Assembly: GCA_035295465.1 (NCBI GenBank)
Contig: DATGIZ010000025.1
Span: 23,767-87,766 of the forward strand
Length of the DNA: 64,000 nt
Direction: 5' to 3'
From: Candidatus Binatia bacterium
GTDB lineage: Bacteria; Desulfobacterota; Binatia; DP-6
Shown here: positions 53,122 through 60,349 of the stretch, in pieces
Position numbering within the stretch: the stretch's first letter is position 1
How the letters are laid out: the number at the start of each line of letters is the position of its first letter
Program-made: the position numbers and the translations under genes
The notes under the pieces: generated by a model
Databases searched by the model: none
Told to the model about the DNA's origin: nothing
What the model saw: the letters and a program-made list of their open reading frames with translations, nothing else

Positions 53122-53310
53122 ATGGTGGCCGGCATGGGCACGAGCGGGCTACCGGCGCTGTCGAGAGGGCCGCGGGTCCTCGTGCCCGAGGTGGAGTGGC
53201 CGCGCCCGGGCCTCGTCCTCCGTCCGCGGCTTCCCACGCCGGAGCCGCGGAGCTACGAGCCGCCGTCGGGCGTGCCCATCCGCGGCCTGTTCGTCGACGT
53301 CTACGCCTAG
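53122..53310 (+). CDS. possible small Pro-rich protein (58-62 aa), antisense to the HAD gene tail
   Basis: 58 of 62 codons end in G/C (counted by hand), against 48 of 62 for the antisense HAD frame wobble. In-frame ATGs at 53122 and 53134. No SD seen and no family recognised. Confidence 0.35.
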   Translation: MVAGMGTSGLPALSRGPRVLVPEVEWPRPGLVLRPRLPTPEPRSYEPPSGVPIRGLFVDVYA

Positions 53311-54015
53311 GAGCCCCGGCAGCGCGGCCAGCGTCCGGACGATCGCGACGCCCGGCGGAACGCTTCGCGACCGGCCGCGGCGATCGAGCAGGACGGCGCG
53401 CGCCCCGGCGGCGAGCGCGCCTGCGGCGTCGGCCTCGAGGCTGTCGCCCACGTGCACGACGGCGGCGAGCGGCACGCCCAGCGCCGCGGCCGCGGCGGCG
53501 AAGATGCCGGCGTCGGGTTTGGCCGCCCCGACCGCCGTCGAGTGCACGACCGCGTCGAGGTGCTCCGCGAGGCCGAGGGTAGCGAGCAGCGGCGGGAGGC
53601 GGCGGTCGAAGTTCGACACGGCCGCGAGGCGAAGCCCGCGGGCGCGCAGCGCCGCGAGCACGGCGCGCACCTCGGGGAAGACGCGCCACGCCTCGGGCGC
53701 CGCGTAGTGTGCCCAGAGATCGGCGAAGCACGCGGTGAACGCGTGCCCGCGCGGCGGGGTGCCGAGCGCTGCGTGCACGATCGTCCGCCACCAGGCGCGC
53801 TCGCGGCGCAGGCGCCCCGCGGGCGGCGAGTCGGGGAAGGCGAGCGGCGGCGCCGCGGCCAGCGCGGCGTGGAAGGCGCGCTCGACGCGCGCGGGGACGG
53901 CACTGAGCCCGTGCCGCCGGGCGATCCGTGCGTAGGTGGCACCGACGGGCTCGGCGACCTCGATGAGGGTGCCCGCCGCGTCGAAGGTCACGGCGGCGAT
54001 CCTGCGTCGGGTCAC
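53149..54015 (-). CDS. HAD-superfamily hydrolase (with ~53-aa low-quality C-terminal extension)
   Basis: GTG 54015 overlaps the upstream TGA (GTGA). AVTFDAAGTL (DxD-type motif I), AAVSNFD and HVGDSLEAD motifs. The frame has no stop until 53149, although the domain appears to end near 53310. Confidence 0.8.
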   Translation of the reverse strand: MTRRRIAAVTFDAAGTLIEVAEPVGATYARIARRHGLSAVPARVERAFHAALAAAPPLAFPDSPPAGRLRRERAWWRTIVHAALGTPPRGHAFTACFADLWAHYAAPEAWRVFPEVRAVLAALRARGLRLAAVSNFDRRLPPLLATLGLAEHLDAVVHSTAVGAAKPDAGIFAAAAAALGVPLAAVVHVGDSLEADAAGALAAGARAVLLDRRGRSRSVPPGVAIVRTLAALPGLLGVDVDEQAADGHARRRLVAPRLRRGKPRTEDEARARPLHLGHEDPRPSRQRR

Positions 54016-54716
54016 GCGCGGTCGCGGACGTTGCGCAGCTCGGCGGCGAGCCGCCCGCCGCCGTCGTCGATCGCGACGTAGCCGCCGTCGCGCAGCGCGC
54101 CGGCGTTGAGCACCAGGGTCGGGCCGAGCCGGTCGATACCGCGGCCCTCGTGGATGTGCCCCACCACCGCGATGTCGGGGCGCCGGCGCTCGATGAAGGC
54201 ACGCACCGCCTGCGAGCCGACCGGCGTCCCGTTCACCAGGCGGTCGAGCCGCGTGTCGTAGGGCGGGGTGTGGCAGATCATCACCCGATGTGGCGCATCC
54301 GCCACGGCGAGATGGCCGCGCTCGAGGATCGCGGTGATCTCCTCGTCCTCCAGCTCCGTCGGCGTGTCCATGGGGGTGACGTTTGCGCCCCCGCAGCCGA
54401 AGAGGCCGATCGTCCCGAGCCGGCGCCCCTCGCCGTGCAGCGAGATGCCCTCGGCGCGGAAGGCGTCGATCACCCAGGGCATGTCGAGGTTTCCAGTAAC
54501 GGCTAGCACGCTGGGGCAGAACTCCCTGACCGCGTCCACGACGCGGAGCGCATCGGGAGGGTCGCCGAAGTGCGTGAGGTCGCCCGTGAGGATCGCGTGG
54601 TCTGCTTCTCGCAGGACGGGGCCGAGGCGCTCGATGGCGCGAAAAGCCATGTGGATGTCCCCGAAGCATACGAGGCGCACGGCGGCGGTTGTAGCCGCCG
54701 CGCGGGACTGCCGCAA
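54012..54716 (-). CDS. metallophosphoesterase family protein
   Basis: VCFGDIH, TGDLTHFG, GNLD and GHIHEG metallophosphatase motifs. Confidence 0.85.
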   Translation of the reverse strand: MRQSRAAATTAAVRLVCFGDIHMAFRAIERLGPVLREADHAILTGDLTHFGDPPDALRVVDAVREFCPSVLAVTGNLDMPWVIDAFRAEGISLHGEGRRLGTIGLFGCGGANVTPMDTPTELEDEEITAILERGHLAVADAPHRVMICHTPPYDTRLDRLVNGTPVGSQAVRAFIERRRPDIAVVGHIHEGRGIDRLGPTLVLNAGALRDGGYVAIDDGGGRLAAELRNVRDRA

Positions 54717-54765
54717 CGCGGGTCTACCGCGTTCGATCGGAAACGCGCTGCGCTCGACGCGACGT

Positions 54766-54795
54766 GGCCGGACGTCCCCCTCGTTCCGTCCGGCC
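54766..54795 (-). terminator. 9-bp hairpin downstream of the RRM gene
   Basis: GGCCGGACG (54766-54774) pairs with CGTCCGGCC (54787-54795), 18 nt past the stop at 54813. No T-tract. Confidence 0.4.
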
Positions 54796-54812
54796 GCGTC
54801 GGGTTTGTGCGC

Positions 54813-55124
54813 TCAGTAGCTGCGGCGGTTCGAGAACCCGCCGCTGTTGCGAGGGCCGCGGCCGCCGCTCCCGCCCTCGCGGGGCTTGGCCTCGTTCACG
54901 TTGATCTGCCGGCCGCCGACCTCGCGGCCGTTGAGCGTCGAGATGGCCTGAGCCGCCTCGCTCGCCGAGCTCATCTCGATGAAGCCGAAGCCCCGTGAGC
55001 GGCCCGTGTCCCGGTCGGTAACGACCGTCACCGACTCGCAGGTTCCCACTTCCGAGAACAGCGCCTCGAGATCCGCGCTCGTGGTCTGGAAGGATAGATT
55101 TCCGACAAAGAGTTTCTTGCCCAT
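54813..55124 (-). CDS. RRM-type RNA-binding protein with Gly/Arg-rich tail
   Basis: MGKKLFVGNLSF (RNP2) and SRGFGFIEM (RNP1). C-terminal GGSGGRGPRNSGGFSNRRSY. GGAGAA SD. Confidence 0.9.
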   Translation of the reverse strand: MGKKLFVGNLSFQTTSADLEALFSEVGTCESVTVVTDRDTGRSRGFGFIEMSSASEAAQAISTLNGREVGGRQINVNEAKPREGGSGGRGPRNSGGFSNRRSY

Positions 55125-55344
55125 GGCATTCTCCTGCCCCTGTGGGGTCTTTGGTATTGTCGCGGTTGCCTGAGCGAGAGGCCGAGATCGTCGGAGGGAG
55201 CGACGGAAGCGGGTCGCGCGCAAACAAGAGGACGAAGCTCTTATCCTCTCATTCCATCGGCTGCGCAATCCTCCCGTGCCACCCGCCGGATCGGACGCGA
55301 CGCCGATCGCACGCCGCTCGGGTCGGCGAGAGGCTGGGTCGTGT

Positions 55345-55373
55345 TTGACAAGCGCGAGGCTCGAGCCTACGCT
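55345..55373 (+). promoter_or_regulatory. candidate sigma-70-type promoter
   Basis: TTGACA (55345-55350), exactly 17 nt, TACGCT (55368-55373). It lies about 125 nt upstream of the ATG at 55499, which has an AGGAGA SD. Confidence 0.5.
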
Positions 55374-55498
55374 CGGCTTCCCTCGTCTCGGGTGACCTCG
55401 ACGCAATTTCGCCTCGAGCCTTCGTCCGAGACCGCCTCGCGCCCGAACGGCCTCCGTGCGCGGTGGGCGCCTGCTCGGGCTGCTCTCAGGAGACTTGC

Positions 55499-55894
55499 AT
55501 GCCATTCTCTCGGGCTCCGTTTCGCGCGCCTGCAGCCCCCCATGTCCGCTTCGCCGTCTTTGCCGTCGGTCGACGAGCATACATCGCGGGCGCGAACGGC
55601 CGCTCGGCTGGGGTGACGCTGACGGACGATCACGAGAGACCTCTTGCGAGCCTGAGCGAAGGCGCCGAGGTCGTGATTCTCGCCTGGCGCCCCGGCTGGA
55701 AAGGGACGACCCGCTACTGCGTCCGCCTGATCGATTCCGGCCTCGAAGGCTGGTTGCCGGTCAGCGAGCTCCGCGGCACGAAGGACGCGATCTCGTCGCC
55801 GCCGGCCGCGACACCTCCCCCGGCCGGTCGTTCCGGGGCGCTCCGAGCCGGGGAGTCCGCGAGCTCCGGGCGCCGATTCGGCCAGCGGTCCTAG
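55499..55894 (+). CDS. hypothetical protein, SH3-like central segment
   Basis: Trimmed to MPFSRAPF with AGGAGA 7 nt upstream. EVVILAWRPGWKGTTRYCVRLIDSGLEGWLPVSEL resembles bacterial SH3-type strands. Confidence 0.55.
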   Translation: MPFSRAPFRAPAAPHVRFAVFAVGRRAYIAGANGRSAGVTLTDDHERPLASLSEGAEVVILAWRPGWKGTTRYCVRLIDSGLEGWLPVSELRGTKDAISSPPAATPPPAGRSGALRAGESASSGRRFGQRS

Positions 55895-56023
55895 CTCGCC
55901 CGCGCCCCATCGGCCAACCGAGTGGCGGCCCGCCACGAGGCGCTCGCTCGCTGATCGTCGGCGTGCAATTATGGACGCGCCACGCCCGGGGCGCTCGGCG
56001 CCGACGTTCGGTCGTGGTGGCGT

Positions 56024-56758
56024 ATGGATTGCAGGGCGCAGGGAGCGATGATGACGATGATTGCCAGGGGTGTCGCAGTGGCCGGGCTCGGGATGCTGCT
56101 CGTGACGACCGGGAGCGCGAGCGCCAAGGTCCCGGCGTGCCCGTCGGGGAGCTACACGGTCAGCGGGGGCGGCGCCCAGACGCTCAACATCGATACGTCG
56201 ACCAAGCCGGCGACCGTGACCTACACGGGTTGCGAGCCGGGAACGGGGCACGTGCGGGGGACCCGCAAGGGGACGAAGGTGACGGCCACCTTCCCCTCGT
56301 GCAGCGCTTGCGCCGTCTCCACCAAGAAGGCGCACTTCAAGGCGACGATCTCGCCGGATTGCACGAGCGTGCCGGTTCCCAAGCTCGTCTGCCCGAAGAG
56401 GCCGCCGGTGGCGAGCGGCGGTAAGACCAGCGGGGCGCCGGTGAGCTTCGCCACCACCATCGCGCCCATGCTCGCGGCGAGCTGCGCCACGGCGTCGTGT
56501 CACACCGGCAGCAACCCGAGCGAGGGGCTCACGCTCGACGCCGACAAGTCCTACGCGGCGATAGTCAACGTGCCCTCGCTGGAGCAGCCCTCGCTCAAGC
56601 TGGTGAGCCCGAGCAAGCCGAAGTCGAGCTACCTCCTGATGAAGGTGCTGGGCACGGCCTCGCAGGGCGCGCCGATGCCCCTCACCGGCACGCCGCTGTC
56701 GTCGAGCCAGATCCAGCAGCTCAGCGACTGGATCACGCAGGGCGCGCAGAACAACTAG
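56024..56758 (+). CDS. secreted Cys-rich protein with C-terminal planctomycete-cytochrome-c-like (PSCyt1-like) domain
   Basis: Signal peptide ...GLGMLLVTTGSASA. The C-terminal FATTIAPMLAASCATASCH...GLTLD...LVSPSKPKSSYLLMKV...PMP...LSSSQIQQLSDWITQGA follows the PSCyt1 pattern as I recall it. The start could be 56024 or 56048. Confidence 0.75.
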   Translation: MDCRAQGAMMTMIARGVAVAGLGMLLVTTGSASAKVPACPSGSYTVSGGGAQTLNIDTSTKPATVTYTGCEPGTGHVRGTRKGTKVTATFPSCSACAVSTKKAHFKATISPDCTSVPVPKLVCPKRPPVASGGKTSGAPVSFATTIAPMLAASCATASCHTGSNPSEGLTLDADKSYAAIVNVPSLEQPSLKLVSPSKPKSSYLLMKVLGTASQGAPMPLTGTPLSSSQIQQLSDWITQGAQNN

Positions 56759-56856
56759 CGCCGTCCGCGGCCGCGGACGTTGCCGCTGCGCGCCCGGCCG
56801 TGGTAGGCTCGGGGCTGCCGGTGGGCGAGGTCGTCGCGTTTCAGGAGATCGTCCGC

Positions 56857-57033
56857 ATGCGGCGGAGGCGCCGAGCGCGCGCGCTCCACCTGCGCTGTCG
56901 GGTGATCCTCGCGGAGTCCGTGGTGTGGGCACGGGCCCAGATGCACGGCGCGCCCGCGGCTGAACGCTGGGTGCGGATGGCGCGGCTGCGCAAGCTCGAG
57001 GAGCTGGAGGCCTACGCCGCCGCGTTCGGCTGA
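56857..57033 (+). CDS. possible small basic protein (58 aa)
   Basis: AGGAG lies 9 nt upstream of the ATG. High GC3. MRRRRRARALHLRCRVILAESVVWARAQ... No family recognised. Confidence 0.45.
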   Translation: MRRRRRARALHLRCRVILAESVVWARAQMHGAPAAERWVRMARLRKLEELEAYAAAFG

Positions 57034-57057
57034 GCGAAGGCGCCGCACCGGGGAGGG

Positions 57058-58164
57058 GTGTTGGGCGAAGCAACGTGGCTCGTGGGGATCGTGGGGGGGG
57101 CGCTCGGCGTCGCGATCGTGCTCGCCCTCCAGCGGCTCGGCGCCCGCCGGGGCGGCGGGGAGCTGGTGCTCCTCCAGCAGCAGCTCGACGCGCTGCGCGG
57201 CCAGGTGTCCCAGGCGCTCGCGAGCCAGGGGCAGCTCGTGAGCCAGGAGCTCGGCCGGCTCACCGCCGAGCTGAACGGCCGCCTGCGGGAGAACGTCGAG
57301 CTGGTCCAGCGCGGGCAGACCGCGATCGGCGAGCGGCTCGACGGGGCCGCGCGCGTGGTGGGCGAGGTGCAGCGCGGCTTGGGCGAGCTGCGGGAGGCGA
57401 CGGCGCGCGTCTACGAGGTGGGCCGCGACGTGGCGACGCTGCACGACATCCTGCGCGCGCCGAAGCTCCGCGGCGGGCTCGGCGAGCTGCTGCTCGGCGA
57501 TCTGCTCGCCCAGGTGCTCCCGCCGGCGCATTTCACCCTCCAGCACGCCTTCGCCGACGGGGAGCGCGTCGACGCGGTGGTGCGGCTCGGCGGCGGCCTG
57601 GTGCCGGTCGACGCCAAGTTCCCGCTCGAGGACTTCCGCCGGCTCCTCGAGGCCGCCGACGATGCCGAGCGGGCGCGGGCCCGCAAGGCGTTCCTCGTCC
57701 GCGTCCGCAAGCACGTCGACGACGTCGCGCGCAAGTACATCCGCCCCGACGAGCGGACGTACGACTTCGCGCTCATGTACATTCCCGCCGAGAACGTCTA
57801 CTACGAGGCGGTGATCCGCGAGGAGGCGGGCGAACCGAACGCGGTGACGGCGCACGCGCTCGAGCGGCGGGTGATTCCCGTCTCCCCGCACACGTTCTAT
57901 GCCTATCTCCAGGCGATCGTGCTCGGACTCAAGGGCCTGCGCATCGAGGCCCGCGCCGAGGAGGTCCTGGGGCAGCTCGCCCGGCTCGCGGGCGAGGTCG
58001 GTCGCCTGCGCGACGAGGTGCGGCTGATCGGCAAGCACCTCGGCAACGCGAGCCAGGCGTGCGTCGCCGCCGAGCGGCGTCTCGAGCGCTTCGAGACGAA
58101 GCTCCTCGCCGCCAGCGGCGCGGAGGAAGCGGAGCCGGCGCGGCTCGCGCAGGTCCACCCATGA
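57058..58164 (+). CDS. rmuC: DNA recombination protein RmuC
   Basis: N-terminal TM and coiled coil. LRAPKLRGGLGELLLGDLL ... VPVDAKFPLEDF ... FALMYIPAENVYY ... VSPHTFYAYLQ align by eye with E. coli RmuC as I recall it. Confidence 0.9.
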   Translation: MLGEATWLVGIVGGALGVAIVLALQRLGARRGGGELVLLQQQLDALRGQVSQALASQGQLVSQELGRLTAELNGRLRENVELVQRGQTAIGERLDGAARVVGEVQRGLGELREATARVYEVGRDVATLHDILRAPKLRGGLGELLLGDLLAQVLPPAHFTLQHAFADGERVDAVVRLGGGLVPVDAKFPLEDFRRLLEAADDAERARARKAFLVRVRKHVDDVARKYIRPDERTYDFALMYIPAENVYYEAVIREEAGEPNAVTAHALERRVIPVSPHTFYAYLQAIVLGLKGLRIEARAEEVLGQLARLAGEVGRLRDEVRLIGKHLGNASQACVAAERRLERFETKLLAASGAEEAEPARLAQVHP

Positions 58165-59297
58165 TCACGGTGCCGGCGCTGCGGCTCCACCAGTTCGGCG
58201 TGGTGCTCTACCAGGCGATGCTCGGCGCGCGCGACGTCGACCGGCTCGTGCGCTTCGAGGTGTTGTCGTACGACACGCAGCTCGGCGAGGCGCCCGCACA
58301 CGGGGGGAAGCGGCGCCGGCCGCGGGGGTCGCGCGTCAACTGGGAGCTGCTCGAGAAGCGCATCGCGTCGAGCGCCGAGGCCTATCAGCGGCCGGTGATC
58401 CGCAAGAAGATCGCCGACCTCGTCGACTACTACGGGCAGTGCGCCGAGGCCGGGAACCTGCCGGCGATCCCCGGCGCCGTGCTGCTCGTCGCCGACCGCC
58501 GGCTCGAGTTCACCCCCACCAGCTCGCACCGCGTGCTCGGCGTGCTCCAGATCCCCGCCGAGGAGGGCGTGCTGCGGGCGCTCGACGGCCAGCACCGGCT
58601 CCTCGCGCTCCACCAGCTCATCGCCGACGGCCGCGCCGAGAACGTGCAGGTGCCGGCGGTCGTCTTCGACCGGCTCTCGCCCGACCAGGTCGTCGAGCTG
58701 TTCGTCACGATCAACGCCAAGCACACGAAGCTCAATCCCTCGCACCTGATCAGCCTGGCGGGCCGCCGCCTCTACCCCGATGCCATGCTCGCCGCGAGCC
58801 ACGATATCATCCGCGCGCTCAACGAGCGGGCCGACTCGCCGCTGCGCGGGGACATCAAGCTCTTCGGGATGGGCCGCGGGCGGGTGGCGCAGGCGCCCCT
58901 CGCCGAGGAGCTCAAGGGCATCTTCACCGCGCTCGACGCGCTCGGCGGCCGGGCGGCCGCGCATTTCCGGGAAGAGGCACCGCGCTTCTTCCTCAGCTAC
59001 TTCAAGCGCGTCGCCGAGACCTTCCCCCGCGCGTGGGTCGGGCGCAAGTACAGCATCAAGACGGCGATGGCCCTGCGTGCCTTCCTGCGCGTCGTGCCCG
59101 ACGTGCTCGGTGCGGTGCGCCAGGCGGGCGGCGACCCGTTCGACGGGCACGCGCTCGGCCGCGTGCTCGCGCCGTGGGCGGAGCAGATCGGCGACGCCCG
59201 CTTCGAGACCGAGGGCGAGTGGCGCGAGAAGCTCGCCGGCGGCACGCGGGGGACGGTCGACCTGCTGGCGCGCGAGCTGAAGAGCGCGCTGCGCTAG
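58161..59297 (+). CDS. DGQHR-domain (DndB-like, ParB/sulfiredoxin-fold) protein
   Basis: ATG 58161 overlaps the rmuC TGA (ATGA). The literal motif LDGQHRL is encoded at 58584-58598 (DGQHR). The N-terminal ITVPALRLHQFGVVLYQAML and TINAKHTKLNPSH are typical of this family. Internal part of track ORF 57075..59297. Confidence 0.85.
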   Translation: MITVPALRLHQFGVVLYQAMLGARDVDRLVRFEVLSYDTQLGEAPAHGGKRRRPRGSRVNWELLEKRIASSAEAYQRPVIRKKIADLVDYYGQCAEAGNLPAIPGAVLLVADRRLEFTPTSSHRVLGVLQIPAEEGVLRALDGQHRLLALHQLIADGRAENVQVPAVVFDRLSPDQVVELFVTINAKHTKLNPSHLISLAGRRLYPDAMLAASHDIIRALNERADSPLRGDIKLFGMGRGRVAQAPLAEELKGIFTALDALGGRAAAHFREEAPRFFLSYFKRVAETFPRAWVGRKYSIKTAMALRAFLRVVPDVLGAVRQAGGDPFDGHALGRVLAPWAEQIGDARFETEGEWREKLAGGTRGTVDLLARELKSALR

Positions 59298-59299
59298 CG

Positions 59300-60013
59300 G
59301 TGCTCGACGAGCTGCTCCTCTACGACCTCACCGACTCGCCCTTCTGCATGAAGGCGCGCATCTGCCTGCATCTCAAGGCGGTGCCGTTCCGCTGCGTGAC
59401 GCTCACGCTCGGCCGGCGGCGCGAGCTGCGGCGGCTGAACCCCCTCGGCAAGGTGCCGGTGCTCCTCCACGGCGGCGAGGCCGTGGCCGACTCGAGCGCG
59501 ATCGCCCGCCACCTCGAGCGACACTGGCCCGAGCCTCCGCTGCTGCCCGCCGATCCCGCCGCGCGCGCGTACTGCACGCTGGTCGAGGAGTGGGCGGACG
59601 AGGCGCTCTCCTTCCTCGTCGGCGCCTTCAAGTGGCTCAACCCCGAGAACCGCGCGGCGGCGCTCGCGAACACGGTGACCGAGATGGCCGACGGCCCGGT
59701 GCGCCCGCTGCTTGGCTGGGCGATCGCGCGCACGATCCGCGGGCGCTATCGCCGCTGGGGCTACGGCCCGGCGAGCCTCGGGCACCTGGGCGAGCGCATG
59801 CGCGAGAACCTGGGGGCGCTCGACGCGCTGCTCGCGGGTCGCTCGTATCTGGTCGGCCGCGCGCCGACGCTCGCGGACGTCGCGGTGTTCGCGCAGCTAC
59901 GCTGGATGGCGCGCTACGCGGAGGCGCGGTTCCTCGCCGCGGTCCCCGAGGTGTCGCGGTGGCTCGCGCAGGTCGCCGAGCTGCCGGCGGTCGCCGCCGC
60001 GCTTCCGGCTTGA
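59300..60013 (+). CDS. glutathione S-transferase family protein
   Basis: GTG start 2 nt after the upstream stop. LYDLTDSPFCMKARI ... NPLGKVPVL ... DSSAIARHLE thioredoxin-like GST N-domain. Confidence 0.85.
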   Translation: MLDELLLYDLTDSPFCMKARICLHLKAVPFRCVTLTLGRRRELRRLNPLGKVPVLLHGGEAVADSSAIARHLERHWPEPPLLPADPAARAYCTLVEEWADEALSFLVGAFKWLNPENRAAALANTVTEMADGPVRPLLGWAIARTIRGRYRRWGYGPASLGHLGERMRENLGALDALLAGRSYLVGRAPTLADVAVFAQLRWMARYAEARFLAAVPEVSRWLAQVAELPAVAAALPA

Positions 60014-60046
60014 CCCCGATCCGCGGCGGTGCCAAGAAGCGGCGCC

Positions 60047-60349
60047 ATGGCGACCTTCGTCCGCGCCGCCGCCGCCGCCGACGTCGCCCCGGGCACGGGC
60101 GTGACCGTCGAGGTGAACGGCAGGCAGATCGCGCTCTTCAACGTCGACGGGACCTTCCACGCGCTGGCCGGCGAGTGCCCGCACCGCGGCGGTCCGCTCG
60201 GCGACGGCGAGCTCGAGGGCTGCGTGGTCACCTGCCCGTGGCATAGCTGGCAGTTCGACGTGACCAGCGGCGAGAGCCTCACCGACGATCTCAAGGCCGA
60301 GCGCTACGAGGTGCGGGTCGAGGGCGGCGAGGTGCTGGTCGCCGTCTAG
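60047..60349 (+). CDS. Rieske [2Fe-2S] domain protein (NirD-like small subunit)
   Basis: CPHRGGPL ... CPWHSWQF Rieske ligands in a 100-aa ORF. Confidence 0.85.
   Translation: MATFVRAAAAADVAPGTGVTVEVNGRQIALFNVDGTFHALAGECPHRGGPLGDGELEGCVVTCPWHSWQFDVTSGESLTDDLKAERYEVRVEGGEVLVAV

Noticed and set aside
53307-53942. 211-aa minus-strand ORF overlapping the HAD gene
   Set aside because: It is an alternative frame with Pro/Arg/Ser-rich junk translation. The neighbouring frame carries the HAD motifs and a GTGA-coupled start.
55264-55281. TGGCACGGGAGGATTGCG on the minus strand upstream of the RRM gene
   Set aside because: The TGGCAC-to-TTGC spacer is 7 nt instead of the invariant 5 nt (GG-N12-GC), so it is unlikely to be a functional sigma-54 promoter.
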